Source of the DNA: Candidatus Subterrananammoxibius californiae
GTDB taxonomy: Bacteria > Planctomycetota > Brocadiia > Brocadiales > Subterrananammoxibiaceae
Assembly: GCA_030586555.1 (NCBI GenBank)
Contig: JAURAC010000006.1
Coordinates: 16,794 to 80,793, forward strand
Direction of reading: 5' to 3'
Length of the DNA stretch: 64,000 bases
The notes beneath the pieces are model-generated. The model saw nothing but the letters and a program-made list of their open reading frames with translations. It ran no database searches and had not been told where the DNA came from. Positions 9,411 to 17,835 of this stretch are shown here, piece by piece; the stretch's first letter is position 1, and every line of letters starts with the position of its first letter. Position numbers and translations under genes: made by a program.

Positions 9411-9830
9411 ATGTTTAGGTACGTTTCGATATACATACTATTTAGCGCCTTCTGCTGGCTTTCAAGCGCATTAGCCGTTACTTATGACCCGATTGAACCC
9501 GTAACGCTATTAAAGAGCGCTTCCGAACATGCAGGAAAGTTTGTAACGTTTCAGGCAAAATTTTTAGATACGTCACCCAAGACTAAGGAGCTTCTCAGCG
9601 CCCTTACCGGCGCAAGGGTTGATTTAAATAACTATGATAGCTTTGTGGTGTATGGAAATGGATTCGTTTTCCCGCGTATGCTTATATCAAAGCAAAAGGG
9701 GAGCGACATCCTTTATAAATTAAAATCTGATACCACTGTTGCTATTTACGGCGAAGTTTACAGGGTAAATATGGTTGGAGAGCCTATTATCATCGTTCAC
9801 AAAATAGAGAAGACTGGCGCCCTCCCATAG
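9411..9830 (+). CDS. Exported hypothetical protein, possible OB-fold
   Basis: Signal-peptide-like N-terminus; GKFVTF..VAIYGEV pattern. Confidence 0.6.
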   Translation: MFRYVSIYILFSAFCWLSSALAVTYDPIEPVTLLKSASEHAGKFVTFQAKFLDTSPKTKELLSALTGARVDLNNYDSFVVYGNGFVFPRMLISKQKGSDILYKLKSDTTVAIYGEVYRVNMVGEPIIIVHKIEKTGALP

Positions 9831-9880
9831 GGTTGAATGGCAGACAACTGACTTCATGTCCATTGAAATTGGAAAGGAAA

Positions 9881-9964
9881 GGTAGACAACGGTGTTTATC
9901 ATCGTTGAAATCAACGAACATAAAGTTGCAAACCCGCCGTTTTTGGGGTGGGTTCGTTGTCTAC
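9881..9964. repeat. Family-E repeat with nested hairpin insert
   Basis: ggtagacaacgg...tcgttgtctac with an extra aacccgcc..ggtgggtt hairpin. Confidence 0.75.
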
Positions 9965-9997
9965 TTCTGAAAATGTAAGCGAAAGGAGAGAAAGAGG

Positions 9998-10201
9998 ATG
10001 AAACTACTTCTGGGATTTATTTCTTTGGCAGCGTTAACGCTTATTTCATTTGTGTTAATAGTTTCAGGTTTTATTCGTTTGTTTAACGCCGCAAGGGAAG
10101 GCTTGGCGATAACGCCCGGTCATCTATTTATTTGTTTTGCCTCGTTTATATTAGGCTCGTTGATATTAGGTTTTGTCTTCGCTCAATCAGCAAAGGATTA
10201 A
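9998..10201 (+). CDS. Small two-TM membrane protein
   Basis: RBS (aaggag/gagg) and two hydrophobic segments. Confidence 0.6.
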   Translation: MKLLLGFISLAALTLISFVLIVSGFIRLFNAAREGLAITPGHLFICFASFILGSLILGFVFAQSAKD

Positions 10202-10238
10202 GGACCGAGCTTGCCTTATCTTTTTAAAAGAGTGATAA

Positions 10239-10616
10239 ATGGCTAAAGAAGCGCTGAAATACTTACAAAATGCAAAGGAGGTTTTAAGCAAGTCTCCTAT
10301 AGAGAATGACACCTATACAAAAATTAAGCCAGTAAGAGAAGCCTTTGGAACGGCGTATCTGGCAGTCTTAGAGGCTATTAACGAGGTGCTAATAGAAAGG
10401 GGACTTACTAAAAAAGAGCTCCCAAAATCTGTCGAAGAATATAGACAGGTATTACGAAAATATTTTGCCGTGCATAATGGGAAGCTTCTAAGGGAGTTTG
10501 AAAAACTTTATGATGTGCTTCACATAGCAGGTTATTACAGAGGACTTCTTTATGATGTGAATATAGTTAAAGATGCTTTTAAAGCTGCCAGGGCTTTTAT
10601 AGAGAAAATCAAGTAA
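10239..10616 (+). CDS. DUF5618-like (HEPN-related) protein
   Basis: EALKYLQNAKE.L...AYLAVLEA...YDVLHIAGYY pattern. Confidence 0.65.
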   Translation: MAKEALKYLQNAKEVLSKSPIENDTYTKIKPVREAFGTAYLAVLEAINEVLIERGLTKKELPKSVEEYRQVLRKYFAVHNGKLLREFEKLYDVLHIAGYYRGLLYDVNIVKDAFKAARAFIEKIK

Positions 10617-10626
10617 GAGTAAATTT

Positions 10627-10827
10627 TTACCGGCATAACATTGCCACTAAATAGGTTGCCTCCTTAATTATACCTGCCCCTAAGGCGATAATAAATGCAA
10701 CGGCTACATATTTTATAACCGCCTTGCGTCTGGATGCCACTGAGATTCTCTTGCGTATATTAGCAAGGCATCGGTCTTCATTCCAATTTGCTTTCCGACG
10801 AGACGAAGGATTTACCTGACGCATCAT
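10627..10827 (-). CDS. Hypothetical small protein with C-terminal TM helix
   Basis: RBS gaaggag before ATG; basic region followed by a hydrophobic helix. Confidence 0.4.
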   Translation of the reverse strand: MMRQVNPSSRRKANWNEDRCLANIRKRISVASRRKAVIKYVAVAFIIALGAGIIKEATYLVAMLCR

Positions 10828-11226
10828 GTCTCCTTCAAAAATAGGGATGTCACTGAAGAATATACTTACCTCCTCTAAAATATGAAGCAAGTAATGTGCC
10901 AAAAGGTATATCATTTGCCTGTAAATACTTACGACTTTGCAAATTGCTTCTGTTGTACATATAGCGAAAAAAATAATACAAAGTTGTACTTACAAGGGTT
11001 AAAAGCGTCCGCCTCAGGCGGACTCATAGATGACAAAAAAGGGCTTTTTCAGGTGAAGAAAATTTTCTTGTTTTTATCGTTCTAATGGACTAAACTTAAC
11101 GCATATTCGTAGCGAATGACGGCTTGAAAGGAGAAATTTTTCTTTAAGGTGAAGGAGGTGATGTCCCTTAATGTATTGTAAGGTTGTTTGATGGTATTTT
11201 TCAGACGAAAACGGAGGTACTTAAAT

Positions 11227-11598
11227 ATGAAGCTTATAAATCGAATTTTTGCGCCAATTTTGTTTGTAACCTTCCTGGTTCCTTTTACTGCCTTCTGGCA
11301 GGAAGAAGTTTTAGCCTCTTCCGGGACATGTGATGAGGTTCTTGATATAGACATTACCGTTGTAGGAACAGGAAAGAATAAACAGCAAGCATTGGAGGAC
11401 TTAGACAATAAAATAGCGGACGAAGCCAATGCTATGTGTTATGACCCTGCCTCTTGTCCTGGTGCGGAGTGCGAAGCCGTATCCATCACAACAACAACCC
11501 CTAAGTGTAAGTATAGCCGCCGTGATAGAAGTTGGCGCTGTACCGCTAAGATAAAAAGGGTTGAGTGCGGTTGCGTGGAAGGTGATGTGCATCATTAG
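11227..11598 (+). CDS. Secreted cysteine-rich protein (8 Cys)
   Basis: GGAGG RBS, signal peptide, eight Cys in the mature part. Confidence 0.7.
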   Translation: MKLINRIFAPILFVTFLVPFTAFWQEEVLASSGTCDEVLDIDITVVGTGKNKQQALEDLDNKIADEANAMCYDPASCPGAECEAVSITTTTPKCKYSRRDRSWRCTAKIKRVECGCVEGDVHH

Positions 11599-11611
11599 CG
11601 GGAGGGGCGGT

Positions 11612-11662
11612 AAAGAACAAGTTCGGGGGACTTGTTTTTACCCTCGAACTTGCTCTTTATTT
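11612..11662. terminator. Probable bidirectional terminator hairpin
   Basis: aaagaacaagttcgggg...ccctcgaacttgctcttt between convergent genes. Confidence 0.6.
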
Positions 11663-11674
11663 TAGGGTGATGCC

Positions 11675-12919
11675 TTAACCACTTTTTAACAAATTAAGGC
11701 GCACAATATTTAACGCCTCCAGCGCGGCTTGACGTTTAATGTTTAACCTCTCGCCGAAGAATCGGCGCTCTTTGCATATAAAATCGCCCTTAGTTGCAAT
11801 GGCAATATAGACAAGTCCTACGGGCTTATCTGCCGTTGCCCCGGTCGGACCAGCTATACCTGTAATCCCAAGTCCTATATCTGCATTCACACTCTTCCTC
11901 ACACCGCTTGCCATGGCGCATGCAACCTCTGGACTGACAGCGCCAACAGTATTAATGAGCCTCTCTGGAACGCCGAGGACTTCAACCTTAGCCTTATTAC
12001 TATAAGCCACGACTCCTTCAATAAAATAGTTTGAAATGCCAGGCACGTTAGTCAGCAAGTCCGATACAAGGCCTCCAGTACACGACTCCGCAGTTGCAAT
12101 CGTTTTATCACTCCTCTTCAGCAAATACGCAACGGCATGTTCAAGCCTTTCCTCATCAATACCAAAAACAGCCTCACCGAGAAGATGCCGAACCTCTCGC
12201 TCTGTGGCGCCAAGAAGCTCAAGTGCCTTAGTCCTCGACTCAGCATCTGCATAAAGGCAAATAGATACAATACCTTCGCTGACCATCGTACCTGCTCTCG
12301 GATTATTACCCTGCTTCATCAAGTGCTTAATTTTTTCATTCACCATAGACTCTGACATCCCTAATGTATGAATATGCCTCAGAACTTTCGTTCTCCCCAA
12401 TCCTGTTTTTTTCAGGACGTGAGTAACAACCCATTCTTCAAACATCTGCTTCATCTCGGCAGGCACGCCTGGCAAGCAGATAATCTCCGCTCCTTTAAAG
12501 TTTACAGCAAATCCTGATGCAGTGCCGACTTTATTAGGAATAATCGTTCCGCCAGTTGGTATCATCGCTTGAATCTTATTAGCAGGGGGCATTTCGATAT
12601 GACGTAATACAAATAGTTCTTGAACATGACGAAAAACCTCTTCGTTGAGGCTTAGTTCTACACCGAGGAATGCAGCAATCGCTTGCCGTGTAACGTCATC
12701 CTCCGTGGGACCTAATCCTCCTGTGATTATAATGAATTCTGCCCTTTCGGTTGCTATCTGGAGAGCCGTCCTTAAGGCAGTAATATCATCCCCTACCGCG
12801 GTCTTGTATCGGACATTAAATCCATATTCAGCAAGCCTTCTGGCAAGATAAGCGGCATTTGTATCAAGGACCTGACCCAAAAGGAGTTCAGTGCCTACGG
12901 AAATAATCTCTGCATTCAT
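11675..12919 (-). CDS. cinA: Competence/damage-inducible protein CinA (with NMN deamidase domain)
   Basis: AEIISVGTELLLG, GGLGPTEDD, AESCTGG; start moved past the REP-derived extension. Confidence 0.95.
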   Translation of the reverse strand: MNAEIISVGTELLLGQVLDTNAAYLARRLAEYGFNVRYKTAVGDDITALRTALQIATERAEFIIITGGLGPTEDDVTRQAIAAFLGVELSLNEEVFRHVQELFVLRHIEMPPANKIQAMIPTGGTIIPNKVGTASGFAVNFKGAEIICLPGVPAEMKQMFEEWVVTHVLKKTGLGRTKVLRHIHTLGMSESMVNEKIKHLMKQGNNPRAGTMVSEGIVSICLYADAESRTKALELLGATEREVRHLLGEAVFGIDEERLEHAVAYLLKRSDKTIATAESCTGGLVSDLLTNVPGISNYFIEGVVAYSNKAKVEVLGVPERLINTVGAVSPEVACAMASGVRKSVNADIGLGITGIAGPTGATADKPVGLVYIAIATKGDFICKERRFFGERLNIKRQAALEALNIVRLNLLKSG

Positions 12920-12938
12920 TAGATGTCTGTTACGTAAT

Positions 12939-12967
12939 GTAGGGGCAGGTTTAAAACCTGCCCCTAC
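12939..12967. repeat. Family-A palindrome, intergenic
   Basis: gtaggggcaggtttaaaacctgcccctac. Confidence 0.9.
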
Positions 12968-12988
12968 GGCAGGCAATAACATTTCCCC

Positions 12989-14068
12989 CTAAACGCTGAA
13001 ACGAAAATTTATTATATCCCCGTCCTTTACAATATAGTCCTTACCCTCAAGTCTTAGCTTACCATGTGCCTTTAAATCTTTCATGGAGCCAAGTTGTTTT
13101 AAATCGTCAAAATGCACAACCTCTGCCCTGATGAATCCACGTGCCATATCGGTGTGAACCTTTCCTGCCGCAGTTGGAGCATTATCGCCCTCAGAGATAG
13201 TCCATGCCCTTACCTCATCCTCTCCAACCGTGAAGAATGAGCAGAGATGCAATATCTCGTACGATAACCTTATTAACTTACTGGCTGACAGTTCATCAAT
13301 CCCCATGTCCTTCAGAAATTCTCCCCGCTCCTGCTCCTCCAATCCTTCCAGCTCCATCTCAAGCTTACCGCACATGCTTATTACACCTGCTGCGTCTGAT
13401 ATGCCCTTTTCAATGGTTTTGTCTCCTAATTGGTCTTCACCTATGTTTAGGACAACTATTCTGGGTTTCTGCGTAAGAAAGCAGAAGCTTTTTACAGTCT
13501 TCTTCTGCACATCGGTTAAATGAACGCTACCAATCCCGTGCTCCTTTTCGAGCGCATCCTTGCACTTGAGTAACATCTCAAGCTCCTCTTTATCCTGCTG
13601 CTGAGTCTTTGCGGGCTTGGTGATGGATTTCTTAAGCCTATCCACCCTCTTTTCAACAATCCCTAAATCCGTTATAAGTAATTCTGAATATATTTCCCTT
13701 AAATCCCTTTGCGGGTCAATTGAGCCCTTGGGATGCGGCACGCTGTCATCTTTAAATACCCTTACGACCTCAATAATTGCATCGGACTCCCTGAGTAAGC
13801 CCATAGCAGTTGCCACCTCAGGCTTACCGGCACTTTTTTCTGCAAAAATATCACCTACGTCTATGAATTCAACGGTGGCTAAGGTAAATTTCTTAGGGTT
13901 GTACATCTGCCTTAAAAATTCCATACGCTCGTCTGGCACCCTTACCACGGCAACGTTTGTCCCAACGTGCCCTGTCCCATGTACACCCGTTTCTTTATGG
14001 GCGCCGGTTAGCGCATTAAAAATTGTTGTCTTGCCACTCTGTGGAAGACCTATGATTGCTATTCTCAT
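12989..14068 (-). CDS. ychF: Ribosome-binding ATPase YchF
   Basis: GLPQSGKTT, VPDER, FFTVGEDEVRAWTI, GFIRAEV, YIVKDGD. Confidence 0.95.
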   Translation of the reverse strand: MRIAIIGLPQSGKTTIFNALTGAHKETGVHGTGHVGTNVAVVRVPDERMEFLRQMYNPKKFTLATVEFIDVGDIFAEKSAGKPEVATAMGLLRESDAIIEVVRVFKDDSVPHPKGSIDPQRDLREIYSELLITDLGIVEKRVDRLKKSITKPAKTQQQDKEELEMLLKCKDALEKEHGIGSVHLTDVQKKTVKSFCFLTQKPRIVVLNIGEDQLGDKTIEKGISDAAGVISMCGKLEMELEGLEEQERGEFLKDMGIDELSASKLIRLSYEILHLCSFFTVGEDEVRAWTISEGDNAPTAAGKVHTDMARGFIRAEVVHFDDLKQLGSMKDLKAHGKLRLEGKDYIVKDGDIINFRFSV

Positions 14069-14085
14069 TTACATTTTCCCCTATC

Positions 14086-14153
14086 TTTGCGTTCTTTGCG
14101 CTTGGTTTGTGTTCTTTGCGAGAAATACGTTTTTTTCACGCAAAGGGTGCAAA
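14086..14153. repeat. Inverted ~9-10-mer array (CTTTGCG / CGCAAAG)
   Basis: ctttgcgttctttgcg...cacgcaaagggtgcaaag. Confidence 0.6.
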
Positions 14154-14169
14154 GTTATTGCCCATTTTT

Positions 14170-15315
14170 TCATGTTGGTTGGGGCTTGCTTACTTTAGCA
14201 TTACTAAAAGTTGCCATCTGGGTAAGGATTTTTACTCCCGCCTCAACGAGACTCATCCCCAATGCAGCGCCAGTCCCCTCGCCGAGTCGAAGGTTGAGGT
14301 CAAGAAGGGGCTTCTTTCCGAGGTACTCAAGCACGAATCCATGTCCTTTTTCAACCGATTTATGAGAGGCTATAAGATAATTGTTTACCTTCGGAGATAG
14401 CCTGCATGCTATAAGAGCACCCACAGTGGAAATGAACCCATCAAGTAATACTGGAATCCTGTGCCGTGCCGCAGCAAGGCATAACCCTGCAATGGCACCA
14501 ATTTCAAACCCACCGACCTTTGCAAGGACATCTACGGGGTCTGAAACATCGGGCTTGTTGACTTTAAGAACCTGCTTGATTGTTGCGATTTTCTTTTTAA
14601 GCGCAATATCATCCAATCCCGTTCCCCTTCCCGTAACCTCTTCAATGTCTGTCCCTGTTAGCACTGCAAGGATTGCACTGCTTGGAGTGGTGTTGCCGAT
14701 GCCCATATCACCGGTACCTGCAATGTCTATTCCATCGGGCAATTCCTCTTCAAAAACCTCTATGCCTCCCTCGATGGCACGCATTGCCTCACCCCTCGAC
14801 ATAGCAGGACCCTTAAGCATATTCTTTGTCCCGTAACCAATCTTCTTGATGCAAAATCGAGGACTCGTACTATTGTTATACCCCCCCTTATCCCCCCCTT
14901 GCGAAGGGGGGGATTGAGGAGGGGTTATATTGCCGAAATCCGATGCCACACCACAATCAACCACAATAACCCTTGCCCCCACATGCCTTGCCAGCACATT
15001 AATTGCCGCCCCGCCATCGATGAAATTCAGAACCATCTGCCTTGTTACCTCCTGAGGAAATAGGCTCACACCTTCCTCCACAATCCCATGGTCACCTGCC
15101 ATAGTAAATATTACCTTGTGCATTTGGGTGGCATGGACAAACTTGTTTGTCCGTGCAGTACCCCTTATAGAGGCATAGACTATAGCAAGCTCCTCAAGCC
15201 TTCCGAGACTTTTCCTCGGGATGGCAAGCTCATCCAGCCGCGCTCGAATAGCACCATCCGCATCTATCTTAATCTCTTCTATATTTTCAATGGTTTTGTC
15301 TAAAAGTGTTGCCAT
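14170..15315 (-). CDS. cobT: Nicotinate-nucleotide-dimethylbenzimidazole phosphoribosyltransferase with two in-frame repeat inserts
   Basis: SLGRLE, AGDHG, GDMGIGNTT, LRLGEGTGA. Confidence 0.95.
   Translation of the reverse strand: MATLLDKTIENIEEIKIDADGAIRARLDELAIPRKSLGRLEELAIVYASIRGTARTNKFVHATQMHKVIFTMAGDHGIVEEGVSLFPQEVTRQMVLNFIDGGAAINVLARHVGARVIVVDCGVASDFGNITPPQSPPSQGGDKGGYNNSTSPRFCIKKIGYGTKNMLKGPAMSRGEAMRAIEGGIEVFEEELPDGIDIAGTGDMGIGNTTPSSAILAVLTGTDIEEVTGRGTGLDDIALKKKIATIKQVLKVNKPDVSDPVDVLAKVGGFEIGAIAGLCLAAARHRIPVLLDGFISTVGALIACRLSPKVNNYLIASHKSVEKGHGFVLEYLGKKPLLDLNLRLGEGTGAALGMSLVEAGVKILTQMATFSNAKVSKPQPT
14881..14926. repeat. Family-F palindrome in frame in cobT
   Basis: Encodes TPPQSPPSQGGDKGG. 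Confidence 0.85.
15126..15156. repeat. Family-D hairpin in frame in cobT
   Basis: Encodes ARTNKFVHAT; exact copy of intergenic 9354-9384. Confidence 0.92.
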
Positions 15316-15444
15316 GTAACAAATCTCTTATTTTGGAGTGCATTGAGCACACACCCCTTTCTCCCCTCTTAACAGGGAGCAGTATATAATTTCTGCAAGT
15401 TTAGTAGATATTTTATCTATTTTGTTTTTGCCCGTATTTTGTTC

Positions 15445-16194
15445 TTATTTATTATTTTCTATAAAAAAATAAGCTTCCCTAGTCAACTTTAGCAATGGTA
15501 GGAAGTATTCCCCTGATTCTGGTTTAATGTTATGCTCGATACGTTTTTTTAAATGTAAATAAGCTATTGCAGAATTTAGACGCCTTGGACCCCACTTAAA
15601 TTGCCTATCAACATATTCTGGTGAAGCAGAATCTTGTTTATTGTCAACAAGCAGTTCAACAACTTTCTTTGCATCCTGTACGGGATCCCATTTTTGAAAA
15701 AGACGGTCAGTCTTACAAAAGAAGTATTTTTTAGGGCTAATAATAGCGTAAGGATGTCTGTGAATTAAGTCTTCTTTTTCAAGTTCATGCACAACAAGTT
15801 TTAACTCTTTTTCCGGACCTTCAACAGTGGGTATATTATTCTTAATTATCCTGATACATTCGTTGCACTCAATAAAGGGGTCGTTTTCCCGACCAAATTT
15901 TGATCTAACATTGATTTCCTTTAGAAGAGCCATACAGGACTCGGCTTTTCTAAAGTTAAAATTTGGGACCAACTCATTATTTTCAATCAATTTCAAGGAC
16001 TTGAGAATAGGGACTTCGAACGATAACAAAGGGTTCTTATCAATGACATTCCAGATTTTTTCTATTTCATATTTTACATCTTTTAATTTCAAATCATTCT
16101 TTATAGAATCCAATTTACGAACAATCGGGCCCATGTTAGGCACAAAAGATAAAACATCCAGAAATATATCGAACCACTTGCTTTCAATGGTCAT
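15445..16194 (-). CDS. AT-rich hypothetical protein
   Basis: 249-aa ORF with gagg RBS; no motif recognised. Confidence 0.6.
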   Translation of the reverse strand: MTIESKWFDIFLDVLSFVPNMGPIVRKLDSIKNDLKLKDVKYEIEKIWNVIDKNPLLSFEVPILKSLKLIENNELVPNFNFRKAESCMALLKEINVRSKFGRENDPFIECNECIRIIKNNIPTVEGPEKELKLVVHELEKEDLIHRHPYAIISPKKYFFCKTDRLFQKWDPVQDAKKVVELLVDNKQDSASPEYVDRQFKWGPRRLNSAIAYLHLKKRIEHNIKPESGEYFLPLLKLTREAYFFIENNK

Positions 16195-16263
16195 TTTGAT
16201 ACCTCTTCTTGATTTGATAGCAAAATCTTGATAATCTTGGCAAATTTAATTCCATGAACCAAA

Positions 16264-16290
16264 TCACTCCAAAAGCAGCAACCCAAAATA
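16264..16290 (-). repeat. Duplicate of the last 9 codons of the DUF2284 gene (17086-17112)
   Basis: 25/27 identical; both read YFGLLLLE-stop. Confidence 0.85.
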
Positions 16291-16315
16291 CCTTTTTCGC
16301 TATCCCTTTGCTGTC

Positions 16316-16882
16316 CTATCCTGTTTCAGCTTCATTCTGTAAACGTTTCCATAGCGATTCAATATCCAATTTTTTTGCCCAATGTTCCAGATAATTTATG
16401 TCCAGTTTCCCAAATTGCACCTCATAAACCCGCAGGGCATCAATGAATTGTTTCTCACTACCTCCAGAAAGTTTTGCCCATCTTAATTTTGCAAGGATTG
16501 TATCTTCAGGACTCGAAACCTGCATCCTTAGCCCAAAGACTTCTTCAATATACCTCCGTGAAAAGCGTGATTGGTCAAAGGGTTCACTGGTTAATATCCA
16601 GAAATCAACCTTATCTCCTTCTTTTGCATCAATTAGGTTGAACATGGTATGCTTGTTAATTGCATTGACAGCACTGGCTTCATCTAAATAATAACCAGGC
16701 GGTGGAAAAGCTTTAACTAATTCCTTTACATCCGATTCCTGAATGGCGACTATTATATCTATATCATGGGTGGTTCGTGGCTCGCCTTGCAGGCTTGAAG
16801 CGACAGCCCCTGTTACCATATATTGGATCCCAGCGTCTTCAAGTACCTGAATAACCTTTTTTAATAATTTCTGTTGTGACAT
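16316..16882 (-). CDS. Nucleotidyltransferase-fold protein (DUF6036-like, TA-associated)
   Basis: YMVTGAVAS..GEPRTTHDIDI, SPEDTILAKL.W. Confidence 0.75.
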   Translation of the reverse strand: MSQQKLLKKVIQVLEDAGIQYMVTGAVASSLQGEPRTTHDIDIIVAIQESDVKELVKAFPPPGYYLDEASAVNAINKHTMFNLIDAKEGDKVDFWILTSEPFDQSRFSRRYIEEVFGLRMQVSSPEDTILAKLRWAKLSGGSEKQFIDALRVYEVQFGKLDINYLEHWAKKLDIESLWKRLQNEAETG

Positions 16883-17085
16883 TTATCCATACGTTTTAAA
16901 AGTAAATTTTGAAATTCATCCTCTGGTAGGTCTGGGAATCTTTTGCGCAATCCATGAACAAAAAGTTGCCTTGTAAATTCTGTCAGCTCAAATGCCTTGA
17001 GCAATCTTTTTTCAGGCATCATTTGTCGAAGCACTTGAATATACACCTTATGATTTAAGCTTTTTTTTGCATTCATAGGCTGCAT
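16861..17085 (-). CDS. Small partner protein of the nucleotidyltransferase (putative antitoxin)
   Basis: LRQM.PEKRL..AFEL..GLRKRFP pattern; overlaps the downstream gene. Confidence 0.65.
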   Translation of the reverse strand: MQPMNAKKSLNHKVYIQVLRQMMPEKRLLKAFELTEFTRQLFVHGLRKRFPDLPEDEFQNLLLKRMDKCHNRNY

Positions 17086-17598
17086 TTACTCCAAAAGCAA
17101 CAACCCAAAATATTTTACGTATTCCCCCTTCTTTTCGAGGAATTTAATTTCAAAGCCGTTGTTGCGAACGGTCTGGAAGACGTCTATCCCGCATGATTCC
17201 ATAGAGGGTCTTGCCCTGTGCGGCTGAATGCATGGTTCATCCGGCGGACATTCAGGACAAAGCGAGCAAGGTCCTGCCCCCATAACAAATGCCTTGTGAT
17301 ACCCCGTAATATTAGCCTGTAATTCCAGTTTAAGGAGCATCTCGTTAAATTCACGCCCCGGCGGTTGCCCTTCAACCAAGATTGCCTGCTTATAGCTTGC
17401 AAGTATGACCTTTGTATCTTCATATTTCGGGGAAAAAGGGGGACACGTTTTGGATTTACCGTACCTCGGACAACCATAAAGGCATTTCAGTTGCACCCAG
17501 GGTTCTACCGCTATGCTGTTAATCGGAATAAGCTTTGCCTCTGTAGCCCCTGCCCTCGTTACAAAATTACATAGTTGCAAGACCGTATTTTCGTTCAT
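17086..17598 (-). CDS. DUF2284 metal-binding protein
   Basis: KC.YGC..YGK..TCPP, GPC.LC..C, RPSMESCGIDV. Confidence 0.88.
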   Translation of the reverse strand: MNENTVLQLCNFVTRAGATEAKLIPINSIAVEPWVQLKCLYGCPRYGKSKTCPPFSPKYEDTKVILASYKQAILVEGQPPGREFNEMLLKLELQANITGYHKAFVMGAGPCSLCPECPPDEPCIQPHRARPSMESCGIDVFQTVRNNGFEIKFLEKKGEYVKYFGLLLLE

Positions 17599-17623
17599 AC
17601 TTTAATAGCCAGGAAATTCAAAG

Positions 17624-17690
17624 AGATTCCGAAACAAGTTCGGAATGACAGGTAAAAGCGCAACGTCATGCTGAACTTGGTTCAGCATCT
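17624..17690. repeat. Family-H inverted REP pair (GTCA...GAAC..GTT..G.ATCT)
   Basis: agattccgaaacaagttcggaatgac and gtcatgctgaacttggttcagcatct; related cluster at 50974-51083. Confidence 0.8.
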
Positions 17691-17835
17691 AACTATCCTG
17701 ACCCTATTATTTCAATTCCCTATGGAATGTCAATATGAAAAGTTTTGTATTGAATTAGCCCTAAAAGTGGTTAAAATTATATTGGGTTATAGATGATGGG
17801 TGATTGGTCATAGTTAAGCTGAAAGATAAAGAAAA

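Noticed and set aside
15316..15444. Cobalamin riboswitch upstream of cobT
   Set aside because: No B12-box or conserved core seen; the region holds only a decayed family-F repeat and AT-rich sequence.
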